DNA of 64,000 nt from an uncultured Acidobacteriota bacterium (GTDB taxonomy: Bacteria > Acidobacteriota > UBA6911): the NCBI GenBank assembly GCA_963809485.1, contig CAWEJX010000020.1, positions 192,001-256,000 of the forward strand, in the 5' to 3' direction. The position numbers and the translations under genes were made by a program. Position 1 is the first letter of the stretch, and each line of letters starts with the position of its first letter. The notes under the pieces are model-generated. The model was not told the DNA's origin, did not search any database, and worked only from the letters and a program-made list of their open reading frames with translations. This document shows, piece after piece, positions 42,436-52,434 of the stretch.

Positions 42436-42978
42436 TTACTGAATGATTTTCATAAGGATGAGCAGGGCCTCCGCTGCAAGGAACCCCGCAAGGGTGCGGT
42501 GTTCGCGATTTCGAACAACCCTGGTCCATAGGAACTCGGATGAATCCCGGCCGGATCCCCGGAAACGGGGCCAGAAGAGAGGAACGCGGCGGGCGTACTC
42601 GAGAAACCTTTCCCCATAGCCGTTCAGCAGTTCCTGCTCTTCAGCCCGCATTGCGGGAAAGTAGAAGGCCGCGAAAAATGCCGCGAAAGGCAGAAGCAGC
42701 CAGTACCCCTGGCCGCCGACGATGATGCCGAACGCCATGATGAACGAGCCGAGATATAGAGGATTGCGCGTAAAGGCATAGGGGCCGCCCTGGGTCAGCA
42801 CGCGCCCTTTTTCGATATGACCTGCCGCCCACAGTCTCAGGAGTGCGCCCGCCAGAGCGATCAGGCCGCCGATCCACAGGGATCGGGCCGAGGGGTGCAT
42901 CAGCATCAGGAAGACAATTCCCAGAACCGTGCCCGCCGGCACGCGGATTTTTTGGGCTAGTTTTTTCCAGGAACCCAT
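42436..42978 (-). CDS. ICMT/PEMT-family membrane methyltransferase
   Basis: LRLWAAG, GPYAFTRNPLYLG and EEQEL...Y..RVP motifs. Confidence 0.85.
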   Translation of the reverse strand: MGSWKKLAQKIRVPAGTVLGIVFLMLMHPSARSLWIGGLIALAGALLRLWAAGHIEKGRVLTQGGPYAFTRNPLYLGSFIMAFGIIVGGQGYWLLLPFAAFFAAFYFPAMRAEEQELLNGYGERFLEYARRVPLFWPRFRGSGRDSSEFLWTRVVRNREHRTLAGFLAAEALLILMKIIQ

Positions 42979-42980
42979 GG

Positions 42981-45005
42981 CTATTCGGCTTTCTTCCCTT
43001 CTATGTCCATGGTGGTGCGCTCCCTGGCAAAGGGGGCAGCCAGCCATTTACTGGCTTCAGCCTGAGCGCCGTTCGTGTCATCCTTTGTGTTAACGGCCTT
43101 TGTATACTCGGCCATGGCCCGCTGGCGTTGCCCCAGGATATCGTAAATTTTCCCGAGATAAATGTAGCACCATACTTCGATCCACTTGGGATCCCTGTCC
43201 CCATTCAGCGCATCCCGGAATGAATTGGCCGATGATTGGAGGTTGAACTGCTCATAAAAAACCTCCGCCAGCCGGAAATGGGCCAGAGAACGGCGGGAAT
43301 TGATTTTGAGCGCATTTTCATACGCTCGTATGGCTTCTACCAGATCCCCCTTTTGCTTCAGATCGTTGCCCAGAGATAGCTGAACCGAAACCTGCAGTTC
43401 CTTGGAGTCTCTCAGCAAATTGTTCCGGGGATCCAGAACAACCCTGTCGGGCATGGCAAAGGTGGAGATGTCAAAGGGTGCGGATTTGCCATTCAGCTCG
43501 ACCGTTTTTAACTCCTCCTTCTCGCCGCTGACAACCGCCACTTCAATAGGCATCCGGAACAGGTCCCGGTCCTGTTTGACGGTTCCGGACACACGGAAAC
43601 CGCTGGTCGTTTTGTAGACGACATAGTCCACTTGGAATTCCGGAACCCCGATGGTATCGATCCACTCGGCAAAGAACCAACCCAGATCATTATCAAAGAT
43701 CCTTTCCGCGAGTTTCCGGAACGCCGCTGTACTGCCCGCCTTGCCGGCGAAGTCATGGTTGTACTGGCGCATGAGCTGCTGAAACCCGGATTCGCCCATA
43801 ATCCCCTGCAGCATATTCAAAATCCAGGCGCCTTTTCCCGCCACCACGGACTCATATTTGTCGGTCCGGTGCCCCAGTCCGATTCCGACCCGAACGGCGC
43901 TTTTCCCCTCGAATTTCAGGGCGAGGACCGCCAGGTTGTCGATCTCCTCTTTGTAGGCAGCCGGACCCTCGTTTTTGCCCATATACTGAGCGGCGGAGAA
44001 ATAGGACATGCCGTCCACCAGCCAAAGGTCGTCCGTGCTTTGCACCCCCACCGTCTCCTGCCACCATTGATAGGCTATCCGTCGCGCCAGATCGCGGGCC
44101 GGAGGATTGGGTTGCGCGAGCTCCCGGCGGGTAATAAAAACGGTTCCCTGCATGCCCGGGTGTCTGGCCAGCTGTTCGTCTACCTCGACCAGTCGATAGT
44201 GCTCCCCTGATGCGGAGGCTCCGTAAGTTTTATGGTAATACTCCAGGATTTTTGCAGCCGCCTGTGCGCTCATCTGAATGGCCTCCAGATTGTTCTCATG
44301 CGCGAAACATTCAATGGTGAAATCGCCGAGCTTAAGCTTTTTCTGGAAGTACTGCCCCACAACCAGCGAGCCGGGCAGGGCGGGCGATTTTGCAGTCCAG
44401 GTGAAGACTTCATTAACACCCTTCGTGGCTACGGACTGTTGCGCCCCGGGACCAATCACAGTCATGCCCAAAGGAACCGTCACCACGAACGATGACGACG
44501 CCCGGTTCACAAGAAACTGGCTGACTGGAAACCACTTGGCAGAATACATCAGGTAGCTGCCTTCCATCCCGATATATGCGCTGCTCTCATCCCGCGTATA
44601 CATTCGGCTGAAACGATCCCGGTCGAACCCTCCCTGGTATTCAACCGTGACCGTAAAATTCGTACCGGCATCCAGCGGCTTGGGGAAAATAATGGACAAA
44701 AAGCCGGGACCGATTTCATCCTGGCCAAACTCCATTTCCACTCCCTCTGCGTTTAAAACCTTTTGCACCGAAAGATTCTCGCTCAGCTCAAGGGCGATAT
44801 GATCGGTAGTTTCGAGAATTTTAAGGCTTATGGAAGCCGAAGCCTTGATCTCGTGAGAATCGGGAATCAGCGTCGCATCTACTTTGTAGTTCTTGACCTC
44901 GATTTTTGGAATTGAGGAGGATTTCTTGGACTGAGGATAGGCTGTTGGGGAAAAGCCCGCCAGCATCAGGCACAAAGCAAATCCGGAGACCAGGGTGGAT
45001 TTCAT
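42981..45005 (-). CDS. Exported M1-aminopeptidase-fold protein lacking HExxH, with C-terminal TPRs
   Basis: Signal peptide; WFP, GKGAWILNML and FFAEWI M1 scaffold; ARRIAYQWW in place of AHEIAHQWW; TPR repeats. Confidence 0.82.
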   Translation of the reverse strand: MKSTLVSGFALCLMLAGFSPTAYPQSKKSSSIPKIEVKNYKVDATLIPDSHEIKASASISLKILETTDHIALELSENLSVQKVLNAEGVEMEFGQDEIGPGFLSIIFPKPLDAGTNFTVTVEYQGGFDRDRFSRMYTRDESSAYIGMEGSYLMYSAKWFPVSQFLVNRASSSFVVTVPLGMTVIGPGAQQSVATKGVNEVFTWTAKSPALPGSLVVGQYFQKKLKLGDFTIECFAHENNLEAIQMSAQAAAKILEYYHKTYGASASGEHYRLVEVDEQLARHPGMQGTVFITRRELAQPNPPARDLARRIAYQWWQETVGVQSTDDLWLVDGMSYFSAAQYMGKNEGPAAYKEEIDNLAVLALKFEGKSAVRVGIGLGHRTDKYESVVAGKGAWILNMLQGIMGESGFQQLMRQYNHDFAGKAGSTAAFRKLAERIFDNDLGWFFAEWIDTIGVPEFQVDYVVYKTTSGFRVSGTVKQDRDLFRMPIEVAVVSGEKEELKTVELNGKSAPFDISTFAMPDRVVLDPRNNLLRDSKELQVSVQLSLGNDLKQKGDLVEAIRAYENALKINSRRSLAHFRLAEVFYEQFNLQSSANSFRDALNGDRDPKWIEVWCYIYLGKIYDILGQRQRAMAEYTKAVNTKDDTNGAQAEASKWLAAPFARERTTMDIEGKKAE

Positions 45006-45020
45006 AGGCAAATTCCGTCC

Positions 45021-46181
45021 TTACAGATAACGGCTTACGGCTGCCGCGGCCATTTCCGAAGCGCAACGCGCGCCCAGTTGTTCGCGTATACCGGCGAGAC
45101 GCCGCCTCATCGCGTCGCTCGCCTCAGGTTCCTCCAAATATTTCAGGCCCAATCGGGCAAGCTCTTCCGGTTTCGCTTCGCTCTGGAACAATTCCGGCAC
45201 TATTTTCTCGCCGGCGATCAGATTCACCAGCCCTTTCATGGGAGTGCGGATAAGCAAGGACCCGATGCCCCAGCTCAGAGGGGAAATTTTGTAGGTGATA
45301 AGGAATGGAGTTCCCACAAGCGCCGCTTCGAGCGAACTGGTTCCACTTTTCACGAAGGCGAAATCCGCATTGGCAAGGATGTCTCTGGCATCATGGGTCA
45401 AAACGTGAAAGGAACCCTCGTTAGGGTCCCCCCGCAGCAGTTCCTTCAGGATGTGTTGTATGTGAGCCGGTTCCACGGTCGGGGCCGCGGATATCAGGAA
45501 TTGCGCGGGCACTTCAGCCAGGATGTGCTGCGCTGCGCGGACAAGAGCAGGAAGGATGTAGTCGATTTCCCTGCGCCGGCTTCCCGGCAGCATGGCCACT
45601 GTCCTGCGAGACGGATCCAGCTGCAGCGCGTTCAGAAAGGCGCTCCGGCCGTAATTGGGAGCAAAATCCTCCAGCAGCGGATGACCCACGAATTCCACCT
45701 CAACTCCCCTGATCCGATAATATTCCTCTTCAAAAGGAAGTATCACCAGCATTTTATCGACATAGGCGCGTATGGCACGAATCCGCCCGCTGCGCCATGC
45801 CCAGATCTGCGGGCTTATGTAGTAGACAGTCCTGACGCCCATCTTTTTCATTTTTTTTGCCAGACGCAGGTTAAAATCCGGGAAGTCCAGAAGTATGGCC
45901 AGGCGCGGCGGCTGGGTTTCGGAGGCGTTCAGGATGCGCCGGAAAGTCCGGTAGTAGGTTCGAAAACCGGACAGGGATTCCTTGACCCCGATATGAGCGA
46001 GTGTCCGGACATGGCCCAGAAGCCGAACCCCGGCTTTAAGCATTTCATCCCCGCCTGTGCCAAAAAATTCAAGCGCATCGGCCCCGTGCAGGCGACGAAG
46101 CCTTTCCACCAGGCGCGCGCCATAACGGTCGGCGGAAGCCTCGCCGGCGACGATCAGAATCCGTTTTGGGGAAGTTGCCAT
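45021..46181 (-). CDS. lpxB: Lipid-A-disaccharide synthase
   Basis: AGEASAD, DFPDFN, YISPQIWAWR, ILPFE, FVGHPL, PGSR and SGT motifs. Confidence 0.96.
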   Translation of the reverse strand: MATSPKRILIVAGEASADRYGARLVERLRRLHGADALEFFGTGGDEMLKAGVRLLGHVRTLAHIGVKESLSGFRTYYRTFRRILNASETQPPRLAILLDFPDFNLRLAKKMKKMGVRTVYYISPQIWAWRSGRIRAIRAYVDKMLVILPFEEEYYRIRGVEVEFVGHPLLEDFAPNYGRSAFLNALQLDPSRRTVAMLPGSRRREIDYILPALVRAAQHILAEVPAQFLISAAPTVEPAHIQHILKELLRGDPNEGSFHVLTHDARDILANADFAFVKSGTSSLEAALVGTPFLITYKISPLSWGIGSLLIRTPMKGLVNLIAGEKIVPELFQSEAKPEELARLGLKYLEEPEASDAMRRRLAGIREQLGARCASEMAAAAVSRYL

Positions 46182-46393
46182 GTCTTTGTATAAGATCCAG
46201 AATTTCGCCAGCGCAAGGCCCGGACATCCGCTAAAAGAGAGGCCGACGGAAGCCAGAAGCAAGGAGGCAGAAGCAAAAATCGGCGTGTTCCTTCATTTCT
46301 GGCTAACTGGCTGTTATGTAGCGCTCATTCGATCTATATTGAATCCTGTCGGAATAAAACCGGTGACCAGCCTTTTTATTCTGCCGTAAATCG

Positions 46394-47515
46394 TCAATCC
46401 CTGTCTATCCATCCTCCCCCGACCACATTCTCGCCCTCGTAAAACACGCAGGCTTGTCCGGGGCTTATCGCCAGCTGGGGAGAGTCAAATTCCACTTCCA
46501 CGCACCCGTCGTCCATGGGGGCAACCGTTGCAGGCGCCGCAGCATGGCGCGAACGAATCTTCGCCATAACCCGGAGCGGATCTGTTATCGCAGGGATGGA
46601 AATCCAGTTGGGCCGAAGGATGCGGCAGCGCCGCTTGCCCAGCCTGGAGCGTTCCCCAACAACCACCCGGTTTTCCCCCGGACGGATTTCCAAAACATAC
46701 AGCGGCGAGGAATGTGCAATGCCCAGGCCTCTTCTTTGACCGATGGTGTAATGATGGATGCCGGGGTGCGTTCCCAGGATTCGCCCCTCCGTGTCGACGA
46801 TCTCCCCCGGCATGAACTGCGTCGCCTCGCCGGGTCGGCCGGCGATTTCAGCATAGTGCTGTTCGACAAACTCCGCATAATTGCCGTCCGGGATGAAGCA
46901 TATCTCCTGGCTCTCCGCTTTGTCGGCAATCCGAAGCCCGTGTTTGCGCGCGATGCGGCGCACTTCCCCCTTTTCAAGATCTCCCAGCGGGAAGATGGCT
47001 TTGGAAAGCTGGGACTGGCTCAATTCGAAAAGGAAATAGGATTGATCCTTGTTTTTGTCCCGTGCCTGAGACAACAGGTATCTTCCGCTCTCCCTGTCCT
47101 GCGATACGCGCGCATAGTGACCGGTTGCCACGCGGTTCGCTCCCACATCCTCCGCCAGTCGGACCATACGGTCAAATTTCATATGCGAATTGCAAAGCAC
47201 GCAAGGCGAAGGGGTAAGGCCGTTACGGTAATCCGTAAGGAAGCTTTTCACGACCATCTGCCGGAATTCCTTCTGAAAATCGACCAGGTAATAAGGAATC
47301 TGCAAACGGGCTGCGACTTCCCTGGCGTCGTAGAGATCCTCGATCGAGCAGCACCCCGGAGAGCGGGTGCGGTCTCCCCCGGACCCCTTTCGCCTCTGAT
47401 CCCAAAGCTGCATCGAGAATCCGACCAGATCGAGCCCGGCCTGCTTCAAAATCACGGCTGCCGTCGAGCTGTCGACTCCGCCGCTCATCGCGATGGCGAC
47501 TCTGCCGGCGGTCAT
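46394..47515 (-). CDS. mnmA: tRNA 2-thiouridine synthase MnmA
   Basis: AMSGGVDSS, TPSPCVLCN, ATGHY, KDQSYFL, SQEICF, TIGQRRGL and PGQ motifs. Confidence 0.97.
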   Translation of the reverse strand: MTAGRVAIAMSGGVDSSTAAVILKQAGLDLVGFSMQLWDQRRKGSGGDRTRSPGCCSIEDLYDAREVAARLQIPYYLVDFQKEFRQMVVKSFLTDYRNGLTPSPCVLCNSHMKFDRMVRLAEDVGANRVATGHYARVSQDRESGRYLLSQARDKNKDQSYFLFELSQSQLSKAIFPLGDLEKGEVRRIARKHGLRIADKAESQEICFIPDGNYAEFVEQHYAEIAGRPGEATQFMPGEIVDTEGRILGTHPGIHHYTIGQRRGLGIAHSSPLYVLEIRPGENRVVVGERSRLGKRRCRILRPNWISIPAITDPLRVMAKIRSRHAAAPATVAPMDDGCVEVEFDSPQLAISPGQACVFYEGENVVGGGWIDRD

Positions 47516-48390
47516 GGGATTGGCCTGGATGGCATCCAAAGGATGCAGCTCCTGACGAAATGTATGTCCTTTAAATTTGGGTGGAGGACATACTCGTCGA
47601 TGGAACCGGCCTTATCGGCATAGGAGTCCCTGAGCCCGGAAATCGCCCAGATGGCTTCCAGTTCCAGTGAAAAGAGCCTCTCTTCAAGCTCCTGCCGGCC
47701 AGGTGCCTGCGGCAGCGATCCGGCGATTCCGGGCGATTCGCTGCCGGCATGCATGAAGTGCCCGGCAATACGCTCCGAAGAAAAAATAAAGACATCCCTG
47801 TTCTGGGAATACGCTTTGGCTTCTTCCATATCAGCGGAATCGTCGGCGCCCACATATTTCTGAGCGATCTGTGCCAGCCTTCGAACAAAGACTTCATGCA
47901 GGGCATCCAGCTCCCGGCGCATGGGGATGTCCAGCATCTCCCGGCAACGCATGACAAAGTCCTGCGGCGGTTCTCCGGCGTGAGAATAGGCGTTCAAAGC
48001 GAAATTGCGATAGATCCTCACCTCAAAGCATCTCAACAGGTACTGAGTGAACTGGGTCTCCATCCGCGAGATGAAACCCGCATCCACGAATTCGGGCAGT
48101 TTCCCGGGGTACTCGGAGCCGGGAGCAAGGGATTGCAGGCTTCGGGGATCGACATCCTGGATCATATCTTCTGCCCAGAGCAGATCTGCGCTATCCGAGT
48201 ATATTTCCAGCGCCTTGTTCAGGCCGACGGTTTGCCTGAAGCCGGTCCGGACATCGCTAAAATCAATTTTGGCTTCCACATAGACATGGGGAACATACTC
48301 AACAGCCTTGTTTGAGAGATTTTCCCCGCCCCATAAAAGGAATCTGACCTTATCGGCGGAGTACTGGCGATCTGTCGGCTTCAGGGTCAT
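47512..48390 (-). CDS. Hypothetical protein
   Basis: Long ORF with an ATGA overlap with mnmA; no recognisable catalytic motif. Confidence 0.7.
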   Translation of the reverse strand: MTLKPTDRQYSADKVRFLLWGGENLSNKAVEYVPHVYVEAKIDFSDVRTGFRQTVGLNKALEIYSDSADLLWAEDMIQDVDPRSLQSLAPGSEYPGKLPEFVDAGFISRMETQFTQYLLRCFEVRIYRNFALNAYSHAGEPPQDFVMRCREMLDIPMRRELDALHEVFVRRLAQIAQKYVGADDSADMEEAKAYSQNRDVFIFSSERIAGHFMHAGSESPGIAGSLPQAPGRQELEERLFSLELEAIWAISGLRDSYADKAGSIDEYVLHPNLKDIHFVRSCILWMPSRPIP

Positions 48391-48648
48391 AGGAGAGCTC
48401 GATTCTTCAATGGACAAAGAATTTTATCACAGAGCTCGCCCCTTTGCCTCTTATCTGGCGCGAGTGCTGTGGATTGCCGAATCGGCGCAATGTATTAGCG
48501 GTTGCGCGGTCAGGCGGTATGGACCTTCGGCGATAGGTTGGCTTGCAGGTTGCAGGTTCATACCATCACCTGCAACCGGGAAGCCATAATCAGGAGAAAA
48601 TGAAACCGCCTGAGCCGCTCCCGGCAGAAAAGCTGCTGGATTTGCGGA

Positions 48649-49266
48649 TTAATTGACAGACGGAGTCGGAGGCCTGAGGGCGTCGTTGATGCGTGAATTG
48701 AAGATTGCCTTAAACTCCTGCCTCCCATAAAAAAGACGCGACTTTACCGTGCCGGCCGGACAGCCGATGATTTCCGAAATCTCCTGTATCGTACGGCCCT
48801 CCATGTCGTGCAGACGAACGACAATTCCCTGCTTTTCGGACATGCGGCTGAAGATTTCACCGACGATCGATTTCAATTCTTCCATGGAGGCATGAGCCAG
48901 AGGATCAGTTCCAGCCGAACGGTCCGCAGGCAGGTCCCGGGCGGCGGCGTCTTCCAGTTCAACAAACTGTTTGTTTTTCGCCTTACGCAGCATCCCAAGG
49001 CAGACATTGATAGTGATCCTGCTGATCCACGTTGATATTTTCGAGTCGCCTCGGAAGGCTGAAATGCCGCGGTAGATATTTAGCAAGGTCTCCTGAAGAG
49101 CGTCTTCCGCGGAAGCCTCTTCTCCCAGTATTCGGTAGGCTGTATTAAAGATTCTCCTATTGTACCGGGAAAAAAGCTCATTGCAGGCTTCAGGATCATT
49201 GGACCGGCAGCGCTGCAAGAGGGCGAGGTTGATTTCTTCGGTAGGTTGGGACTCGATCGCCAGCAT
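48649..49266 (-). CDS. ECF-family RNA polymerase sigma factor
   Basis: Region 2 AEDALQET...FRGDSKISTWISRITIN, region 4 EISEIIGCPAGTVKSRL; AAGGAG RBS. Confidence 0.94.
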   Translation of the reverse strand: MLAIESQPTEEINLALLQRCRSNDPEACNELFSRYNRRIFNTAYRILGEEASAEDALQETLLNIYRGISAFRGDSKISTWISRITINVCLGMLRKAKNKQFVELEDAAARDLPADRSAGTDPLAHASMEELKSIVGEIFSRMSEKQGIVVRLHDMEGRTIQEISEIIGCPAGTVKSRLFYGRQEFKAIFNSRINDALRPPTPSVN

Positions 49267-49325
49267 ATGTCTCCTTTATTTCCAATGCCGCAGAGAGCAA
49301 CTCGTTTAAATCACACCTCTTCCCT

Positions 49326-49342
49326 AGCAAAAAACATGCCAA
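49326..49342 (-). promoter_or_regulatory. Sigma54 (-24/-12) promoter of the ECF sigma gene
   Basis: TTGGCATGTTTTTTGCT, GG-N10-GC spacing, 60 bp upstream of the ATG. Confidence 0.8.
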
Positions 49343-49369
49343 ATCCAAATAATTCATTAAGTCTAATTT

Positions 49370-49382
49370 TATCAATTATTTA
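49370..49382 (+). promoter_or_regulatory. IHF binding site
   Basis: TATCAATTATTTA matches WATCAANNNNTTR in an AT-rich context between promoter and enhancer. Confidence 0.65.
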
Positions 49383-49416
49383 TAAAATCATGCCGCCCGA
49401 TGGCTCATGGTGCGAT

Positions 49417-49525
49417 CTGTCAATATATTGGACAGCGATTCTGTAGAATCCACCTATTCCATTTATTTACAACACATAGGACTGTCCAATAAGTTTACAG
49501 GCGCTGCCGTCTTCTTCTCTGACAG
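49417..49525. promoter_or_regulatory. Putative enhancer (bEBP) sites, three 19-bp imperfect palindromes
   Basis: CTGTCAATATATTGGACAG (49417), CTGTCCAATAAGTTTACAG (49482), CCGTCTTCTTCTCTGACAG (49507). Confidence 0.6.
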
Positions 49526-50051
49526 GAATAGTTTGGTCTGAAACGCTGACTATTGCCGAAAAAAACCTGACCTGTCTGTATTGACACCCTTCAAAATGCC
49601 TTTTTATCGGAATTCGTCAGCGGGTTCGGTGTCAGCATTTTGGGAGGCATCGGATACGAGAGGGAGGGAAGTCAGGTACCTCCGGCAAAGCCGGAGGCTT
49701 GAAAGATTTGAACCGCTCAAAGCGGTTGGAGGAGTTACGCCGGTCTTGAACGCTGACTTACGCGGGCAAAAGCCGATGAGGCGCTTCCGATCCCCGCAGG
49801 GGCCAGCGCTCCGCGCTGGACAGTTTTCTGCGGCGGCACTGTGGCAAGCGCCGTGCGGCAAGGAGATGAAGGGTATGAGAAACCGGGCGTTTGCCACAGT
49901 GCCGCCGCAGAAAACTCCATCGGAAGCGCCTCATCGGCTTTTGCTCGCCGACCCTCGCCGAACAAATCGGCGTTTGTCAGCGCTTTTATCAGCGTTTCTC
50001 AGCGTTTCAAAATACGGAGCTGTCAAACTCTTTGAGTCCCCCGGCAGAGCC

Positions 50052-52434
50052 CTCGCTGCGGGACACAGTTGACACTGTGGGTGTTTGATGCTATACATAA
50101 CCCATGCGACTGTGTGGGCGCGAGTTCAGCGCGGAGGTAATTGCCCAGATTGGAGGGATCTTGAGTGCCAATCCCTCTTTGTCTCGTTGTGCCCTGTCTC
50201 AGCGCGTTTGCGAGCTTCTGCAGTGGAAATCGCCTAACGGCAAAATCAAGGAGGTTAGTTGCAGAAAAGCGCTGCTTGAATTGCACCGCCGCGGTTTTCT
50301 CAATCTGCCGGCGGCTGCGGAATCCTGTTTCAATCGATCTAGCTCCAAGCCGCCGCCTGATCTAATGGCTGATGTGTCTGAGCTAGAATGCACTCTGGAT
50401 GAACTCGGTAAGATAAGCATTGCTCCTGTCTCCAGCCGCTACAGCAAGGCGTCGAAGATATGGAATACTCTCGTGGAGCAATTCCATTATTTGGGCAAAG
50501 GGCCTCTGTGCGGCGCACAGATTCGCTACTTGGTAGAGAGTTCAGAACATGGGTTTGTTGGAGCACTGGCTTTCAGCGCTGCACAGTGGCGGTTGAAGAA
50601 ACGAGATAAATATATTGGCTGGACCGAGGCAGCTCGACGTGCCAATCTGAATCTGGTTGTTTGTAATAGCCGATTTCTGATTTTGCCCGGCGTGCACGTT
50701 CCGAACCTGGCTTCGCATGTACTGAGCCAGTGTCTGGGCCGGCTGGCGGATGACTGGGTAGACCGCTATAATTACCGGCCGGTGTTGGTCGAGACCTTTG
50801 TGGACCCGAGCCGTTTTGTCGGGACGTGCTATCGAGCGGCTAATTGGTTGCATGTCGGGCAGACAGCGGCGGAGGATACGGCGTATCCCAACGGGAAGGT
50901 AGCAAAAGGGCCCAAAGACATCTACTTGTATCCGCTCCGTGGCGATTGGCAAAAGGTGCTAAGTACGGAGCCGAAGGTAGTGCTGGGAAACACGCCGCAG
51001 TTCGAAGCCCCAGACGACTGGACCGAAGAAGAATTCGGGCGGGTGCAGTTTTTCGATCAACGGCTCAAATCCCGGCTGTTCACGTTGGCGGCGGATTTTT
51101 TTGCGCAACCTGGGGAACTGATTCCGCAGGCATCCAGCGGCTCGAAAGCAAAGACAAAAGCAGCGTACCGATTTTTTCAGAATGACAACGTGGATATGCA
51201 GAAGCTACTCAGACCGCACATTGAGTCGACCATTGAACGGCTGCGTACGCATAAGGTGATACTGGCGGTACAGGACACGAGTTCGCTGAACTACACCGCG
51301 CACCCACCTGAGGGAGTCGGTCCAATCAATAACAGTCAGAATAGCGCCATGGGGCTGGAGCTTCACGACACGATGGCGTTTACTCCCGAGGGCATACCGC
51401 TGGGACTGCTCGACGTGCAATGTTGGGCGCGGGATCCGAACGACGTGGGCAAAAAGCGCCGCCGCCACCAACTGCCGATCGAAGCCAAAGAAAGCAAGAA
51501 ATGGCTGGTGAGTTACCGAGCCGTAAGCGAGGTACAAAAGATCTGCTCGGATACGATGCTTGTGAGCGTCGGCGATCGAGAGGCCGACATCTACGAGCTG
51601 TTCCATGAAGCCGCACAGGATACATCAGGTGCGAAGCTGCTAATCCGTGCCGATCGCGCTCGAAATCGAGCGGTCATCGAGGAGGACAATAAGGAAGAAC
51701 TGTGGAAGAAGATGGAGGGAGAGCCCGTAGCTGGATTGGTCGATGTCGCAGTCCCGCGTCGAGGTTCGAGCCCAGCTCGGACAGCTAAGATTCAAGTGAG
51801 GTTTTCCCGAATAATGCTCAACCCACCGTCAAAAAGCAAGCTCCCAGCCTTGAGCGTATGGGCGGTGTATGCGCGGGAAGTCGACTATGGCGTCGAAGTC
51901 AAAGAACCTATTGATTGGATGCTTTTGACTTCAGTCAAGACAGAGAGCTTTGAAGATGCTTGCGAGCGACTGAGTTGGTATGCCCGACGTTGGGGAATTG
52001 AAGTATATCATCGCACGATAAAAAGCGGATGCCGTATCGAGGATCGTCGGTTGGATGATGCCGAGAGCATTCAGGCTTGCCTAGCAATCGACCTTGTGGT
52101 GGCTTGGCGAGTCTACTGGCTTACTATGGTGGGCCGAGAAAAACCGGAGACACCGTGCAATCAAATACTCAGTGAAGATGAATGGCATGTGCTGAGCGCC
52201 TGGGCAACAGGCAAGATTGCCGATACAGTTCCCAGTACCAAACAGGCGATGCACTGGATTGGCAAACTGGGTGGTTGGCTGAGCAGAGGGAAAACTGACA
52301 ATCCGGGTACAACATGTATGTGGAGGGGGCTGGGCCGTCTGCCAAGCATGGCGCAAGGATATCGGCTGGCTCTACAGATTCATGGAGTGAGGGCTGGCCC
52401 TTGAGCCACAGTCTCACCTGTGGGGTACAGCGAG
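50052..52434 (+). mobile_element. IS4-family (IS50/Tn5-like) insertion sequence
   Basis: Imperfect 29-bp terminal inverted repeats (CTCGCTG...CACAG.TGA.ACTGTGG, 22/29 by hand count); 9-bp direct repeat GGCAGAGCC at 50043-50051 and 52435-52443. Confidence 0.92.
50104..52404 (+). CDS. IS4-family transposase with N-terminal DUF4338 (DruA-like) domain
   Basis: N-half FHYLG, RDKYIGW, NSRFLILP, NLASHVL, ETFVD, GTCYRAANW; C-half Tn5-like QDTS, GDREADIYE and YARRWGIEVYHRTIKSGC (YREK). Confidence 0.9.
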   Translation: MRLCGREFSAEVIAQIGGILSANPSLSRCALSQRVCELLQWKSPNGKIKEVSCRKALLELHRRGFLNLPAAAESCFNRSSSKPPPDLMADVSELECTLDELGKISIAPVSSRYSKASKIWNTLVEQFHYLGKGPLCGAQIRYLVESSEHGFVGALAFSAAQWRLKKRDKYIGWTEAARRANLNLVVCNSRFLILPGVHVPNLASHVLSQCLGRLADDWVDRYNYRPVLVETFVDPSRFVGTCYRAANWLHVGQTAAEDTAYPNGKVAKGPKDIYLYPLRGDWQKVLSTEPKVVLGNTPQFEAPDDWTEEEFGRVQFFDQRLKSRLFTLAADFFAQPGELIPQASSGSKAKTKAAYRFFQNDNVDMQKLLRPHIESTIERLRTHKVILAVQDTSSLNYTAHPPEGVGPINNSQNSAMGLELHDTMAFTPEGIPLGLLDVQCWARDPNDVGKKRRRHQLPIEAKESKKWLVSYRAVSEVQKICSDTMLVSVGDREADIYELFHEAAQDTSGAKLLIRADRARNRAVIEEDNKEELWKKMEGEPVAGLVDVAVPRRGSSPARTAKIQVRFSRIMLNPPSKSKLPALSVWAVYAREVDYGVEVKEPIDWMLLTSVKTESFEDACERLSWYARRWGIEVYHRTIKSGCRIEDRRLDDAESIQACLAIDLVVAWRVYWLTMVGREKPETPCNQILSEDEWHVLSAWATGKIADTVPSTKQAMHWIGKLGGWLSRGKTDNPGTTCMWRGLGRLPSMAQGYRLALQIHGVRAGP

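Noticed and set aside
50104-51000. Druantia defence system
   Set aside because: Only a DUF4338-like domain fused to a transposase; no DruE helicase or other dru genes
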